In this document: one piece after another, positions 11,601 through 19,985 of the stretch
Numbering within the stretch: the stretch's first letter is position 1
Layout of the letters: each line of letters begins with the position of its first letter
DNA from: Alloascoidea hylecoeti
Lineage: Eukaryota
Direction: 5' to 3'
Length of the DNA: 36,780 bases
NCBI GenBank assembly: GCA_001600815.1
Contig: BCKZ01000009.1
Coordinates: 793,502-830,281 of the forward strand
Program-made: the position numbers and the translations under genes
Notes under the pieces: generated by a model
What the model saw: only the letters and a program-made list of their open reading frames with translations
The model's database searches: none
What the model was told of the DNA's origin: nothing

Positions 11601-13004
11601 ATTACTCTTTAAAGTAGAATTGTTATTAACATCTCTAGATTTGGATTCTTCAGAAAACTCAGTTGATTTGATTTCATCTTGTTGAAATTTTTTTTCAATT
11701 TGATTTAATCTTTGTTCCAATAATTCAAACTTTAATCTTTCAGCTTCTTGTATTTTATTCATTATCATAATATCATTTTCACTTGAATCAATATCACCTT
11801 CCGTAGTATCAATACTTTTAGGTGTACTTTCATAATCTGAAATTGAAGGTCTCCTCCATATTGTATCACTCTTTAATTTTTTTGATTCATCCTTTGGTGT
11901 ATATTGTGCCTTGGCCTCTGTAGAAACAGGCGTAAGAGATGTTATTGATTGTGATTTTGATCTTAATTCATATTGTTTGGGGGATCCAGAGCTTATAGTT
12001 TCAATCGATTTTAATTCAGTTGCATGTGAATCGGATTCAAAACTTGAGTTTGGGTTATATCTCATCCAATGAGGTTTAATATTAATGTGACTATTCAACT
12101 CTTCAGAATCAATATTAGTTGAATTACTCCTTTGATGGATATGAGTTTGTACTCCATGATCTGATGAATTTAAAGTGCTGTTTTCAGATTTTATGTGAGA
12201 TATAATATCAAAATCAGATTTTGAATGGGGGATTGTGTTCTGTTTCCCAGAATTAAATGATTGTATTAAATTTGTTTTATCTGCAGTCCCATTTACATAA
12301 CTTTTAGTTGTTGCTGGTGTTGGTGTTATATCATTTGAAGGGTTAATCCTCAGACCACTGGGGGTTTTTGGTCTGCTACTTTTAAACCTTGATTGTGTGG
12401 AAGCAGGTCTTGGTGTAGTTGCAGCAACTGCTGCAGCCCTGGCTTGGAATTCTGGAGTTTGAGGGCGGCCGCGAGACCGGTTTAAAATTGGATTTTCAGT
12501 TGAAGCAGGTCTTTGTCTTTGTCTTTGTCTTGCATTATTAGTAGGCTGAGCGAATATGGAAGTTGAAGCAGGTCTTGAACGTTTTGAATTATTTTTATTT
12601 TTGTTTGAAAGGATAGGGACAGACTTAATATTCCCCATTATTTCATTATCTTCAGTAGTTGTATTTGATGAAAGATGTTCGGTATCTTTTATTGTGTTTT
12701 TACTTGCAACAGAAGTAGAATGTCTTAAAGGCATAGAAGACTTGCGAAACGTAGAAAAATCTGAACCAATGAGACCGTACTTCTTTTTCCGAGAAAGCTT
12801 CTGATTCTGTATATCGTCCACGGGTACGCCACCAGAATTCTCCTTTATAGACTTTCTTGTTGCTCCCGTTGCAGCCCCATCATTAGCTAAAGAGGATGAT
12901 GATTGAGAAGTTCCAGACTCATGACTTTCCAAAGAAGACTTCGAACGTGAACTCCTACTGAGTCTGTTAAGCAAGCGGTGAGATCGAGTAGAAGGTCCGT
13001 CCAT
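8655..13004 (-). CDS. MTC4: Mtc4-family protein (long Ser/Thr-rich disordered N-terminus, conserved core, coiled coil, C-terminal TM)
   Basis: PGVDGVYNPLQIIRNR motif, LLWEVDIFEAATDLSWR and C-terminal GYWALENFIIITLWCIWVIV are typical of the Mtc4 family. First ATG is at 13004; the ORF track starts at a GTG 9 nt upstream. Confidence 0.8.
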   Translation of the reverse strand: MDGPSTRSHRLLNRLSRSSRSKSSLESHESGTSQSSSSLANDGAATGATRKSIKENSGGVPVDDIQNQKLSRKKKYGLIGSDFSTFRKSSMPLRHSTSVASKNTIKDTEHLSSNTTTEDNEIMGNIKSVPILSNKNKNNSKRSRPASTSIFAQPTNNARQRQRQRPASTENPILNRSRGRPQTPEFQARAAAVAATTPRPASTQSRFKSSRPKTPSGLRINPSNDITPTPATTKSYVNGTADKTNLIQSFNSGKQNTIPHSKSDFDIISHIKSENSTLNSSDHGVQTHIHQRSNSTNIDSEELNSHINIKPHWMRYNPNSSFESDSHATELKSIETISSGSPKQYELRSKSQSITSLTPVSTEAKAQYTPKDESKKLKSDTIWRRPSISDYESTPKSIDTTEGDIDSSENDIMIMNKIQEAERLKFELLEQRLNQIEKKFQQDEIKSTEFSEESKSRDVNNNSTLKSNTEVTIMKDDEPTTKNDVTPSQSLSNSINSDISLTSEQNKLCKEITDFVDLSFDSEKPSLTPSLPSDLATPLPSEESQPTASTSKNTALANPKSKTKSKTKSKTKEKLIITPSKKVPKTDNLNTYIKNQKEHKDIISTDGTTSKETLTTHGYDFDDDDNNAIEIVLGNPDPDLQQLRVPTQTIFNDSGSSEITQVDSNSFNDLNTPFCTSETSEGKNSESSSTGIDFLQPSPQLSPPQTKNNLMLKINPLILQPSSLPVKNKTLKITKVTADDINDADEPIKSSNITSSQQQTPLSPTSQTSSKDLQNEISLFASLIFETRRNLLSDSKTDQSALTDTRLSQFLKESSRQIEANPNLTPSPKQPFILPPRDFHPSPATIARVEKIKSMLSLHYISIGQYQELPDPSLLKSITNGSVAKLQPGVDGVYNPLQIIRNRELKVRTGYLNPSLYGNSETGHHHHGDRHGDRHGDHHSDISSTSPVTYFVPSVLKNSQIPYTKVLGFKPLPLPSTVFSTNPKEKLLWEVDIFEAATDLSWRIYYRSMMKDRNGNLLFPNDDPQEGGNNVLSKNESDNFSSLKIRSYNDAIIEYENAYKEDSDDEVDDINNNNIKQRRSRSKSPFKIVKKSEKDLKILNLKALLKKDKSKSDNEDEDDTGYEAEHDNNLGVIENTDDKLGISFKPIYEHNPLQLTNSGISSPASLENLSTMKDISIVSVKKKKELEVLPNNLAGSKERVYMTEISGTTGNGIQSVLPNGKTESIKSNHHSNMGSAAPSDEEMLGVGNAVGVKNKSVSPLTQEEEEFVLAIYRYYTQLQHIKSVLKVGILNLLSKPQEFDHFFNTTLDTLKSSIKQFDDNNDISSTLIPKYDTILEEANTSLDIVKDKFINDYTPRMDTLLSQSERLMGEVNMSLNLRCGKLNERLEKLNDLHPSNLIYKQNGVLIRLGYWALENFIIITLWCIWVIVSFLRIWKNLILFVFKFLKLFF
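11289..11329. repeat. Coding 12-bp tandem repeat (CTTTGTCTTAGA)x3.4 encoding KSKT repeats in MTC4-like
   Basis: Perfect tandem copies at 11289, 11301 and 11313. Confidence 0.9.
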
Positions 13005-13368
13005 CAGATACACATATTAAAAAGAAAAAAGATGAAACAAAAAAATCTGAAAAGTTTGGTCAGAAATACTGAAGTTGTAAATAATTATGAGACCTAATCA
13101 AATCCCACGCTCATTGTCTGCACGTGAAACATCCACACCCGTACACCTCTTCTGGATTGAACATCCAGTTTCGTGGGAAAATCTATGGTGAGATTTTGAA
13201 CTTCAGGGTCAGCATTGACTCAACAACGCCCCCACAATTCTCCGATCCATTTTCCGTTTTCCACGATGATCCTTACTTTGATAATGGTTAGGAGTTGGAT
13301 GTCGATATAAAGTAACGTTCTTCTGTAAAATTATGCACAACAGCAGATTCGCATTTTCTGGGCACGTG

Positions 13369-13398
13369 ACCCGCTTAAGATATTCATCTTAAGCGGGT
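13369..13398. repeat. Perfect 13-bp inverted repeat with 4-nt spacer, abutting CACGTGAC
   Basis: ACCCGCTTAAGAT-ATTC-ATCTTAAGCGGGT; CACGTG at 13363-13368. Confidence 0.9.
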
Positions 13399-13692
13399 TG
13401 GATTATAAATTTATCTATGTATGCATGCATATTTTGGGGATGTCGTTTGGAATAACCGACTTTTGAAGAGATAATTTATCATAATTATAAGCAACCCTAT
13501 CATTTCTACGGTACTAGTTGATAACTTGATAAAGTGTCACATACACATCCATCTATACCAAGGCCGTAAATCTGAGAACAAGCGTGGAAACTAGCACTAA
13601 ATATAACACATCTCCTAGTAGCTAGGATAATTCTTCTCCGTATGCTTGTTACGTATGCTTGTTATACCTTGGATCAGTGTTGGTTTCCTTTA

Positions 13693-13879
13693 ATACTAGT
13701 GATGATTTTCTCGTGAACATTTAAGACTTCTTTATATATAAAGAAATGGATTTACGTTGAAACTGAAGAATTAGTTAACAGATTTATAATAAAATAGTTG
13801 CGCTTCTATCTTTAATGATCGTTATCATTTAATTAGTCTTATATGAATCAATATTCGAATTCATTTGAATCTGAAGTAT
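13693..13879 (+). ncRNA. Candidate box C/D snoRNA, copy 1 of a direct duplication
   Basis: ATACT-A-GTGATGA (C box 13699-13705)...CTGA (D box 13871-13874)-AGTAT gives a 5-bp terminal stem with kink-turn geometry; internal CTGA near 13763. The sequence is duplicated at 14130-14310. Confidence 0.45.
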
Positions 13880-14129
13880 AAATATCTATCACTGTTTCTT
13901 GGATGTTGTTGACCCGCCGATATACGACTTAAAAATGGATCTTGAGCATGTGACTGAATTAATATTTTATGCGTGATATTGGTAAACGAGTCATATTGTT
14001 TTTCTGTTCAACCAGTTCCATCGCATTTGCCAGTTATTTCTGACTCACAAGTGGGAGAGTGTTATAGAGTTTAATCTCTTTGTTTTCCATGATATTATAT
14101 TGTTATTCAAGAAGATGATATATTCATTA

Positions 14130-14310
14130 ATACTAATGATGATGCTCTTTTGAACATTTAAGACTACTTTATATATAAAGAAATGGATTTACGTTGAATT
14201 TGAAGTATTAGTTAACAGATTTATAATCAAATAAATCGCGTTTCTAACTTTAATGATCTTTAATATCATTTTATTAGTCTTGCATTAATATTCATTTGAA
14301 TCTGAGGTAT
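14130..14310 (+). ncRNA. Candidate box C/D snoRNA, copy 2 of a direct duplication
   Basis: ATACT-A-ATGATGA (14136-14142)...CTGA (14302-14305)-GGTAT; the stem is kept with a U-G wobble. Shares long identical blocks with copy 1 (GAACATTTAAGACT, CTTTATATATAAAGAAATGGATTTACGTTGAA, TTAGTTAACAGATTTATAAT, ATTCATTTGAATCTGA). Confidence 0.45.
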
Positions 14311-15079
14311 AAAGGTACAAACATATTGAATTGGTGGTTCAGGTGAGTTTTCTTACTTCAATTTCTTATAATCATTCTCGATACACTAATTCCGGGGCAG
14401 ATCTAGCTGAAGATGTCTTACTAATGAGGCGGGAACATTAACGTCAACGTTGGGTGTGTTGGACCTGTCATTTTTATAGGATGTTACAATTAATATTTAC
14501 TCATATAGCAATAATTCATTAATCATAGCACCATAATACATGTGTGAATATGGTAAGTTATAAAAAATGATGGATCATGTATTAACTGTATAGTCTAATA
14601 AAATCTAATGATGTAGTACATGTATTGATTGTTGAGTTGTGATTATATAAATTCTTTGCACATCACCATAACATATTATTTTGGTTTCACCCACGGGATA
14701 AGAGTCGAGCAGTTAGAAAACCTAACTATGATTAAGTCAAAAATCCGGGTAAAACATAATTTGCATGAGTTATTCATATTTTCATACATATTGCAATAGT
14801 CATAGTGAATAGTTGAAGTTGAAGAAACAGCTTTTCTCTTTTGCTTTTGCTATTTTTTATCCTCGGTCCCAAATAATTATAATGTCTACTCATGATCATT
14901 TATATGCTTGCTTTTTATACCCAATTTTTGAAGTGGAATCCAACTCAACTACAAGTATTTTAGGCCACAAAGCCCTTGTGACGTTTGTCAACAAGCGAAG
15001 ATAACTTTCATATAACTTCTTTTCTTAGATTACTACATGGTTGTGGCACTAGTGATATAAATCGAATTTACCGATGATT

Positions 15080-15088
15080 TCACGTGAC
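15080..15088. promoter_or_regulatory. Cbf1-type site TCACGTGAC upstream of ATM1
   Basis: Exact match to RTCACGTG on the minus strand, about 230 bp before the ATM1 ATG. Confidence 0.55.
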
Positions 15089-15311
15089 CTCCGAAACCTG
15101 AACCTCGTGAAATTTGCAAATACCTCGGGATTTCGAACCTTTTGTACCCTTTGGGCCTTAATCACAAAGACAACCTTCTTCCTTTTGTCAAGCCGAAGCC
15201 TGGTTCTGTTAGGTAATAGAAGATCTGAGTAGCTGGAAAAATCTATTTGCTGCTTGCATTCGTCCGTTAATGGTTCATTTTCCGAACAGATCCATATTAT
15301 AAAGTATAGAA

Positions 15312-17489
15312 ATGTCTATACCAACGTTAACATTAACGAGTTTATCTCGAATATCTCTAAAAACAACAATTGCAAGAGATTTATTTGTCTTAAGAACTCT
15401 CAATACGCAACTACAACCCTCATCAAGACTTTTTTCAACCTTATCGAAACAACCTACTCCAAAATTATCTAAATCTATATTATCCTCACTCAACTTCAAA
15501 ACGGTAAATGCTCGTTCTTTCTCTTTGAAAAGTTTCCTATCAAAATCTACCAATTCCACTACCCCAACAAAAAATGCCAAATCAGCACTAATTACTGTAT
15601 CTAAAAATGAAAAGAAAATTGTTCCATCTACTGCACTGCCAACTGAACGTCAAAATGATCCACGAGAAATCATGAATCAGATGCTTAAATATTTATGGCC
15701 AAAAAATAAAACTAGTTATAAAGTTCGAGTTGTAATTGCTTTATCCCTACTATTTGGTTCTAAGTTATTAAATGTTCAAGTTCCATTTTATTTTAAATCA
15801 ATCGTTGATGAAATGAATATTGATTGGGTAAATACTGCTGGTACCATTACAACAACAATTGCCGCAATGATTGTTGCTTATGGTTTAGCTAGATTTGGTG
15901 CTGTATTTTTTGGTGAATTAAGAAATGCTATATTTGCAAGTGTTGCTCAAGGTGCTATTAGAAAAGTTGCTTTAAATACTTTTGATCATTTATTAAAATT
16001 AGATTTACAATTTCATTTATCAAGACAAACTGGTGGTTTAACTCGTGCTATTGATAGAGGTACAAAAGGTATTAGTTATGTTTTAACTGCAATGGTTTTT
16101 CATATTATACCAATTACTTTTGAAATTTCGGTTGTTTGTGGTATTTTAACTTATAATTATGGTCTTTCATTTGCTGCTGTTACTTTAACTACAATGTTAG
16201 CTTATAGCATCTTTACAATCAGAACAACAACATGGAGAACAAATTTTAGAAGACAGGCTAATAATGCTGATAATCAAGCAGCTTCTGTTGCTCTTGATAG
16301 TCTTATCAATTATGAAGCAGTTAAATATTTCAATAATGAACCATATCAAGTTTCTAAATATGATTTTGCTTTGAAAAAATATCAAAATGCAAGTATTAAA
16401 GTAGCAACTTCATTAGCTTTTTTAAATGCTGGACAAAATTTAATATTTACAAGTGCTTTAACTGCAATGATGTTAATGGGTTGTAATGGTGTTGCAGCTG
16501 GTGAATTAAGTGTTGGTGATTTAGTTTTAATAAATCAACTTGTTTTTCAATTAAGTGTTCCATTAAATTTCCTTGGTTCTGTTTATCGTGAATTAAAACA
16601 ATCATTTCTTGATATGGAAACCTTATTTAATTTGCAACAAGTTAAATTAAAAATTATTGATATACCAAATGCAAAACCATTAATTGTTTCAAAAGGTGAG
16701 ATTAAATTTGAAAATGTTAGTTTTGGTTATCATCCTGATAGACCAATTTTAAAAAATTGTTCTTTTATTATACCTGCTGGTAAAAAAGTTGCTGTTGTTG
16801 GTCCAAGTGGTGCTGGTAAATCAACTATTTTAAAATTATTATTTAGATTTTATGATGTCCAATCTGGTCATATTTATATCGATGGTCAAGATATTAGTAA
16901 AGTTACTGTTGAATCTTTACAAAAAGCAATTGGTGTTGTACCACAAGAGACTCCTTTATTCAATGATACAATTTTAGAAAATATAAGATATGGTAGATTA
17001 GGTGCAGACGATGAAGAAGTTTTAAGTGCTGCTAAAAAAGCAAAACTTGATAGATTAATTTCACAATTACCAGAAGGTGTTGAAACAGTAGTTGGTGAAA
17101 GAGGTATGATGATATCAGGTGGTGAAAAACAACGTTTAGCAATTTCAAGATTATTATTAAAAAATGCACCAATTACGTTTTTTGATGAAGCAACAAGTGC
17201 TTTAGATACTCATACCGAACAATCTTTATTAAGATCAATTAAAACAATTTTTAAAGAAACAAATAATACAAATGTTTTCATTGCTCACAGATTAAGAACA
17301 ATTGCTGATGCTGATAAAATTATCGTTTTACAAGATGGTAGTGTTGTAGAAGAAGGTTCACATCATGAATTGATTGCACATAGAGGAATTTATGAAGGTT
17401 TATGGCATATCCAAGAACATTTAGATTTGGAAAAATATACAGGTGAGAAAATTGAACCTGAAATAACTGAAACGACAATTGAAAAATAA
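15312..17489 (+). CDS. ATM1: Mitochondrial ABC half-transporter Atm1 (Fe-S precursor export)
   Basis: Ser/Arg/Lys-rich presequence; [26 protein letters not shown], Walker [10 protein letters not shown], signature ISGGEKQR, Walker [15 protein letters not shown]. Confidence 0.97.
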   Translation: MSIPTLTLTSLSRISLKTTIARDLFVLRTLNTQLQPSSRLFSTLSKQPTPKLSKSILSSLNFKTVNARSFSLKSFLSKSTNSTTPTKNAKSALITVSKNEKKIVPSTALPTERQNDPREIMNQMLKYLWPKNKTSYKVRVVIALSLLFGSKLLNVQVPFYFKSIVDEMNIDWVNTAGTITTTIAAMIVAYGLARFGAVFFGELRNAIFASVAQGAIRKVALNTFDHLLKLDLQFHLSRQTGGLTRAIDRGTKGISYVLTAMVFHIIPITFEISVVCGILTYNYGLSFAAVTLTTMLAYSIFTIRTTTWRTNFRRQANNADNQAASVALDSLINYEAVKYFNNEPYQVSKYDFALKKYQNASIKVATSLAFLNAGQNLIFTSALTAMMLMGCNGVAAGELSVGDLVLINQLVFQLSVPLNFLGSVYRELKQSFLDMETLFNLQQVKLKIIDIPNAKPLIVSKGEIKFENVSFGYHPDRPILKNCSFIIPAGKKVAVVGPSGAGKSTILKLLFRFYDVQSGHIYIDGQDISKVTVESLQKAIGVVPQETPLFNDTILENIRYGRLGADDEEVLSAAKKAKLDRLISQLPEGVETVVGERGMMISGGEKQRLAISRLLLKNAPITFFDEATSALDTHTEQSLLRSIKTIFKETNNTNVFIAHRLRTIADADKIIVLQDGSVVEEGSHHELIAHRGIYEGLWHIQEHLDLEKYTGEKIEPEITETTIEK

Positions 17490-17837
17490 ATAAAAAAATC
17501 AAATTAAATTTAATAAAGGAAATCATATATATTCTTTATTTCTTATATTAATATATATAGCTAAAACTATGCTATATGAATAACTACACATATCTTTTAA
17601 GTTCATAAGAATAAAATCGTGGATATAAAAATTATCAATAATTGGATTGAATTTGTAATTCAAGTATATTACGATTATTACTACCCAAAACTTTATTTCC
17701 ATCTAGGTAATTAGTCCTTTAATAAGACTATAGCCAAGCGACTTTCATTGACGATTATTTACAATGAATTGTATTGTATTCCCCAATAACTATATGAGGG
17801 ATTAACTAAAAAGATTTTATTACAACTAAACCATTCT

Positions 17838-19841
17838 CTAGTGTATATCAATTCCTGGCCAGATTTTATTACACTGGATCACTACCTCATCCATTGACAC
17901 TTCTAGTTTTGCCCTTCTTTCCCTTATTCCTTTCCGAACTTCGGATTCTGGAAGGATATAATAATTTTCAAATATTGATCCAATACGTTTCTTAATTACA
18001 GATTTCCGAACATATACCCCAGATTCTTCCAATTCCTTTATCAGCCGCAAACCCTCCCATGGGTTTGAAGGAAAATATTTAAACCCCCAGACTATAATCC
18101 TACTTAAAATTCCATCATTGAATATAATTCGTAAGGGATGCTTTGGGTCCCGGCTTGATATTGGAAGATCCAAAGAACCAAAAGTACTTGCTAACCAAAG
18201 AGCAAAATTCCTTGTTGTTTCAAAAGATTCTTGATACCCCGTATACTCCAGAGTATTTCTCCATACCCATGGGTCGATATCAACACCGATTTCGTGACAT
18301 TTAAAAAGTAGACTAACAGTAGCTGTCATAGCATTTGAAGGCTTCCCGCTTTTAAGTTTATTCGTAGAAAACAGTATAGTCTTAGCATATAAACTTACAG
18401 TACGAGGCTCAATCATACCATTAGATGAAATTAGCATCTCTAAATCTTTAATAACCATTGGATAATTATCGTATATTAATCCTGCTTGAATATGTAGGTT
18501 TCGAAGATGATCAGTGAGTAGTTGTTCAACGGTTAATAGATGATAAAATTCTTCCAACTTTTGATAAGCAATGGGATCCTTTGCTCGATTACAAGCAGTC
18601 ATAAAATACGGAGGTATCACTTTTAATACAGATGAATATAAACTTGTCTTTTTATTCATCATTAAATCCAAAGCAAGCGAATAAGCCTTTTCATAATCAC
18701 CAGTTTGACACAGCACATTAATTGTCGTTGCATAGCATTTGAGTGTTAGAGGTATGTTTTCCCTTTTCATATTGACTAAAACTCTCTTAAATTCTTCAGT
18801 ATTCGATCCAGAAGACCCCAATTGAAACTGATGTATTAAATGGGTTCGTTGTACTTTGAACATGCTAAGAATATTATCGACATCTGATGAATTGAAACAA
18901 TTATACAACATACCCCAGAAGAGTTCTGGCATTAGTTTTGCGCTATCATCAAATGCTTTTAAAAAGCGGGCTAAATGTATTATATCATGCTTTTTAAACC
19001 ATGGGAGTAAAAGCATTGCAGTCGATGTGTTAAACCAACCTTTGGTATTCACTTTCTTTCTGTATTGGGTCTTCAATTTCCTGATGAAATTTATAACAAC
19101 TGTAGGAGGCTGATATCTAATCATGAATTCAAGCACATCATTCATTCCTCGGCTATTTCTAGGGAAATCACCCCGGGTCAACAGAAGTCGATGTGAATGA
19201 TAAGCTAGTCTTACTTGTCCCTTCTCCAAGAGATATGGTATAAGAATATCATAAAAATGTCTATGATGAGGTTTCAATGATCTGTGAATTTTATCCAGAA
19301 CATTTATAGCATTTTCATTATTTGAATTAATTGCTGCATATATAATTGACTTCCATGATCTAGGTAGGCATTTTGGATATAATGCTTGATGGACATCAAA
19401 TGCTAGTTCAGGGCTTGAGTCTATTAATGAACCGATCAAAACATCGTAAAATCTTGACCATACGAGTAAATTTTTTTTTTGTCTTTCAATGTTTTTCATG
19501 TAATCTATAACTGCGCTTAACATTTGAGGGTTTGATACTGCACCTTTTATGGTTAGCTCCCAAAACAAATCTATATCCTGCTGCTTTTTCATTGTTTTTG
19601 CCTTTGCTGGATATTTGATTACCGGGACCTCCTTCAGCCATTCGGCTTCTATATGTGACATGTCTTGTTTGTCAAATTCATTTATGGACAATACTTCTGT
19701 AATTGGTTTAGGGTTCGAAGTTTTATAAGAAATTGGCAAAACAGTTAGATAACTTGAAAGCATGGATTTGGACGAGAAGGACCTCGTCAGAAATATACAG
19801 GATGTAATTAATCTCCTTGAAATCCTCGCCGTTGCAAACAT
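17838..19841 (-). CDS. Mitochondrial pentatricopeptide-repeat (PPR)-like protein
   Basis: Presequence MFATARISRRL..TRSFSSKS; PPR-like unit CYATTINVLCQTGDYEKAYSLALDLM; all-helical character. Confidence 0.75.
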   Translation of the reverse strand: MFATARISRRLITSCIFLTRSFSSKSMLSSYLTVLPISYKTSNPKPITEVLSINEFDKQDMSHIEAEWLKEVPVIKYPAKAKTMKKQQDIDLFWELTIKGAVSNPQMLSAVIDYMKNIERQKKNLLVWSRFYDVLIGSLIDSSPELAFDVHQALYPKCLPRSWKSIIYAAINSNNENAINVLDKIHRSLKPHHRHFYDILIPYLLEKGQVRLAYHSHRLLLTRGDFPRNSRGMNDVLEFMIRYQPPTVVINFIRKLKTQYRKKVNTKGWFNTSTAMLLLPWFKKHDIIHLARFLKAFDDSAKLMPELFWGMLYNCFNSSDVDNILSMFKVQRTHLIHQFQLGSSGSNTEEFKRVLVNMKRENIPLTLKCYATTINVLCQTGDYEKAYSLALDLMMNKKTSLYSSVLKVIPPYFMTACNRAKDPIAYQKLEEFYHLLTVEQLLTDHLRNLHIQAGLIYDNYPMVIKDLEMLISSNGMIEPRTVSLYAKTILFSTNKLKSGKPSNAMTATVSLLFKCHEIGVDIDPWVWRNTLEYTGYQESFETTRNFALWLASTFGSLDLPISSRDPKHPLRIIFNDGILSRIIVWGFKYFPSNPWEGLRLIKELEESGVYVRKSVIKKRIGSIFENYYILPESEVRKGIRERRAKLEVSMDEVVIQCNKIWPGIDIH

Positions 19842-19985
19842 TTTTACATGATTTGATGTCTCATAGAAACAATTTTAAATTTCAATCAAATAAATTGTTT
19901 TTCCGAACATTTAATTAAACAACCTCCTTACATTTATCAGTTTTTAAACCTTTCCTCTTATTTATTAACCACAAAATAGACAAAG

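Noticed and set aside
15120..15140. B-box-like GGTTCGAAATCCC on the minus strand (tRNA?)
   Set aside because: Spacing is off by one and no cloverleaf or acceptor stem is evident.
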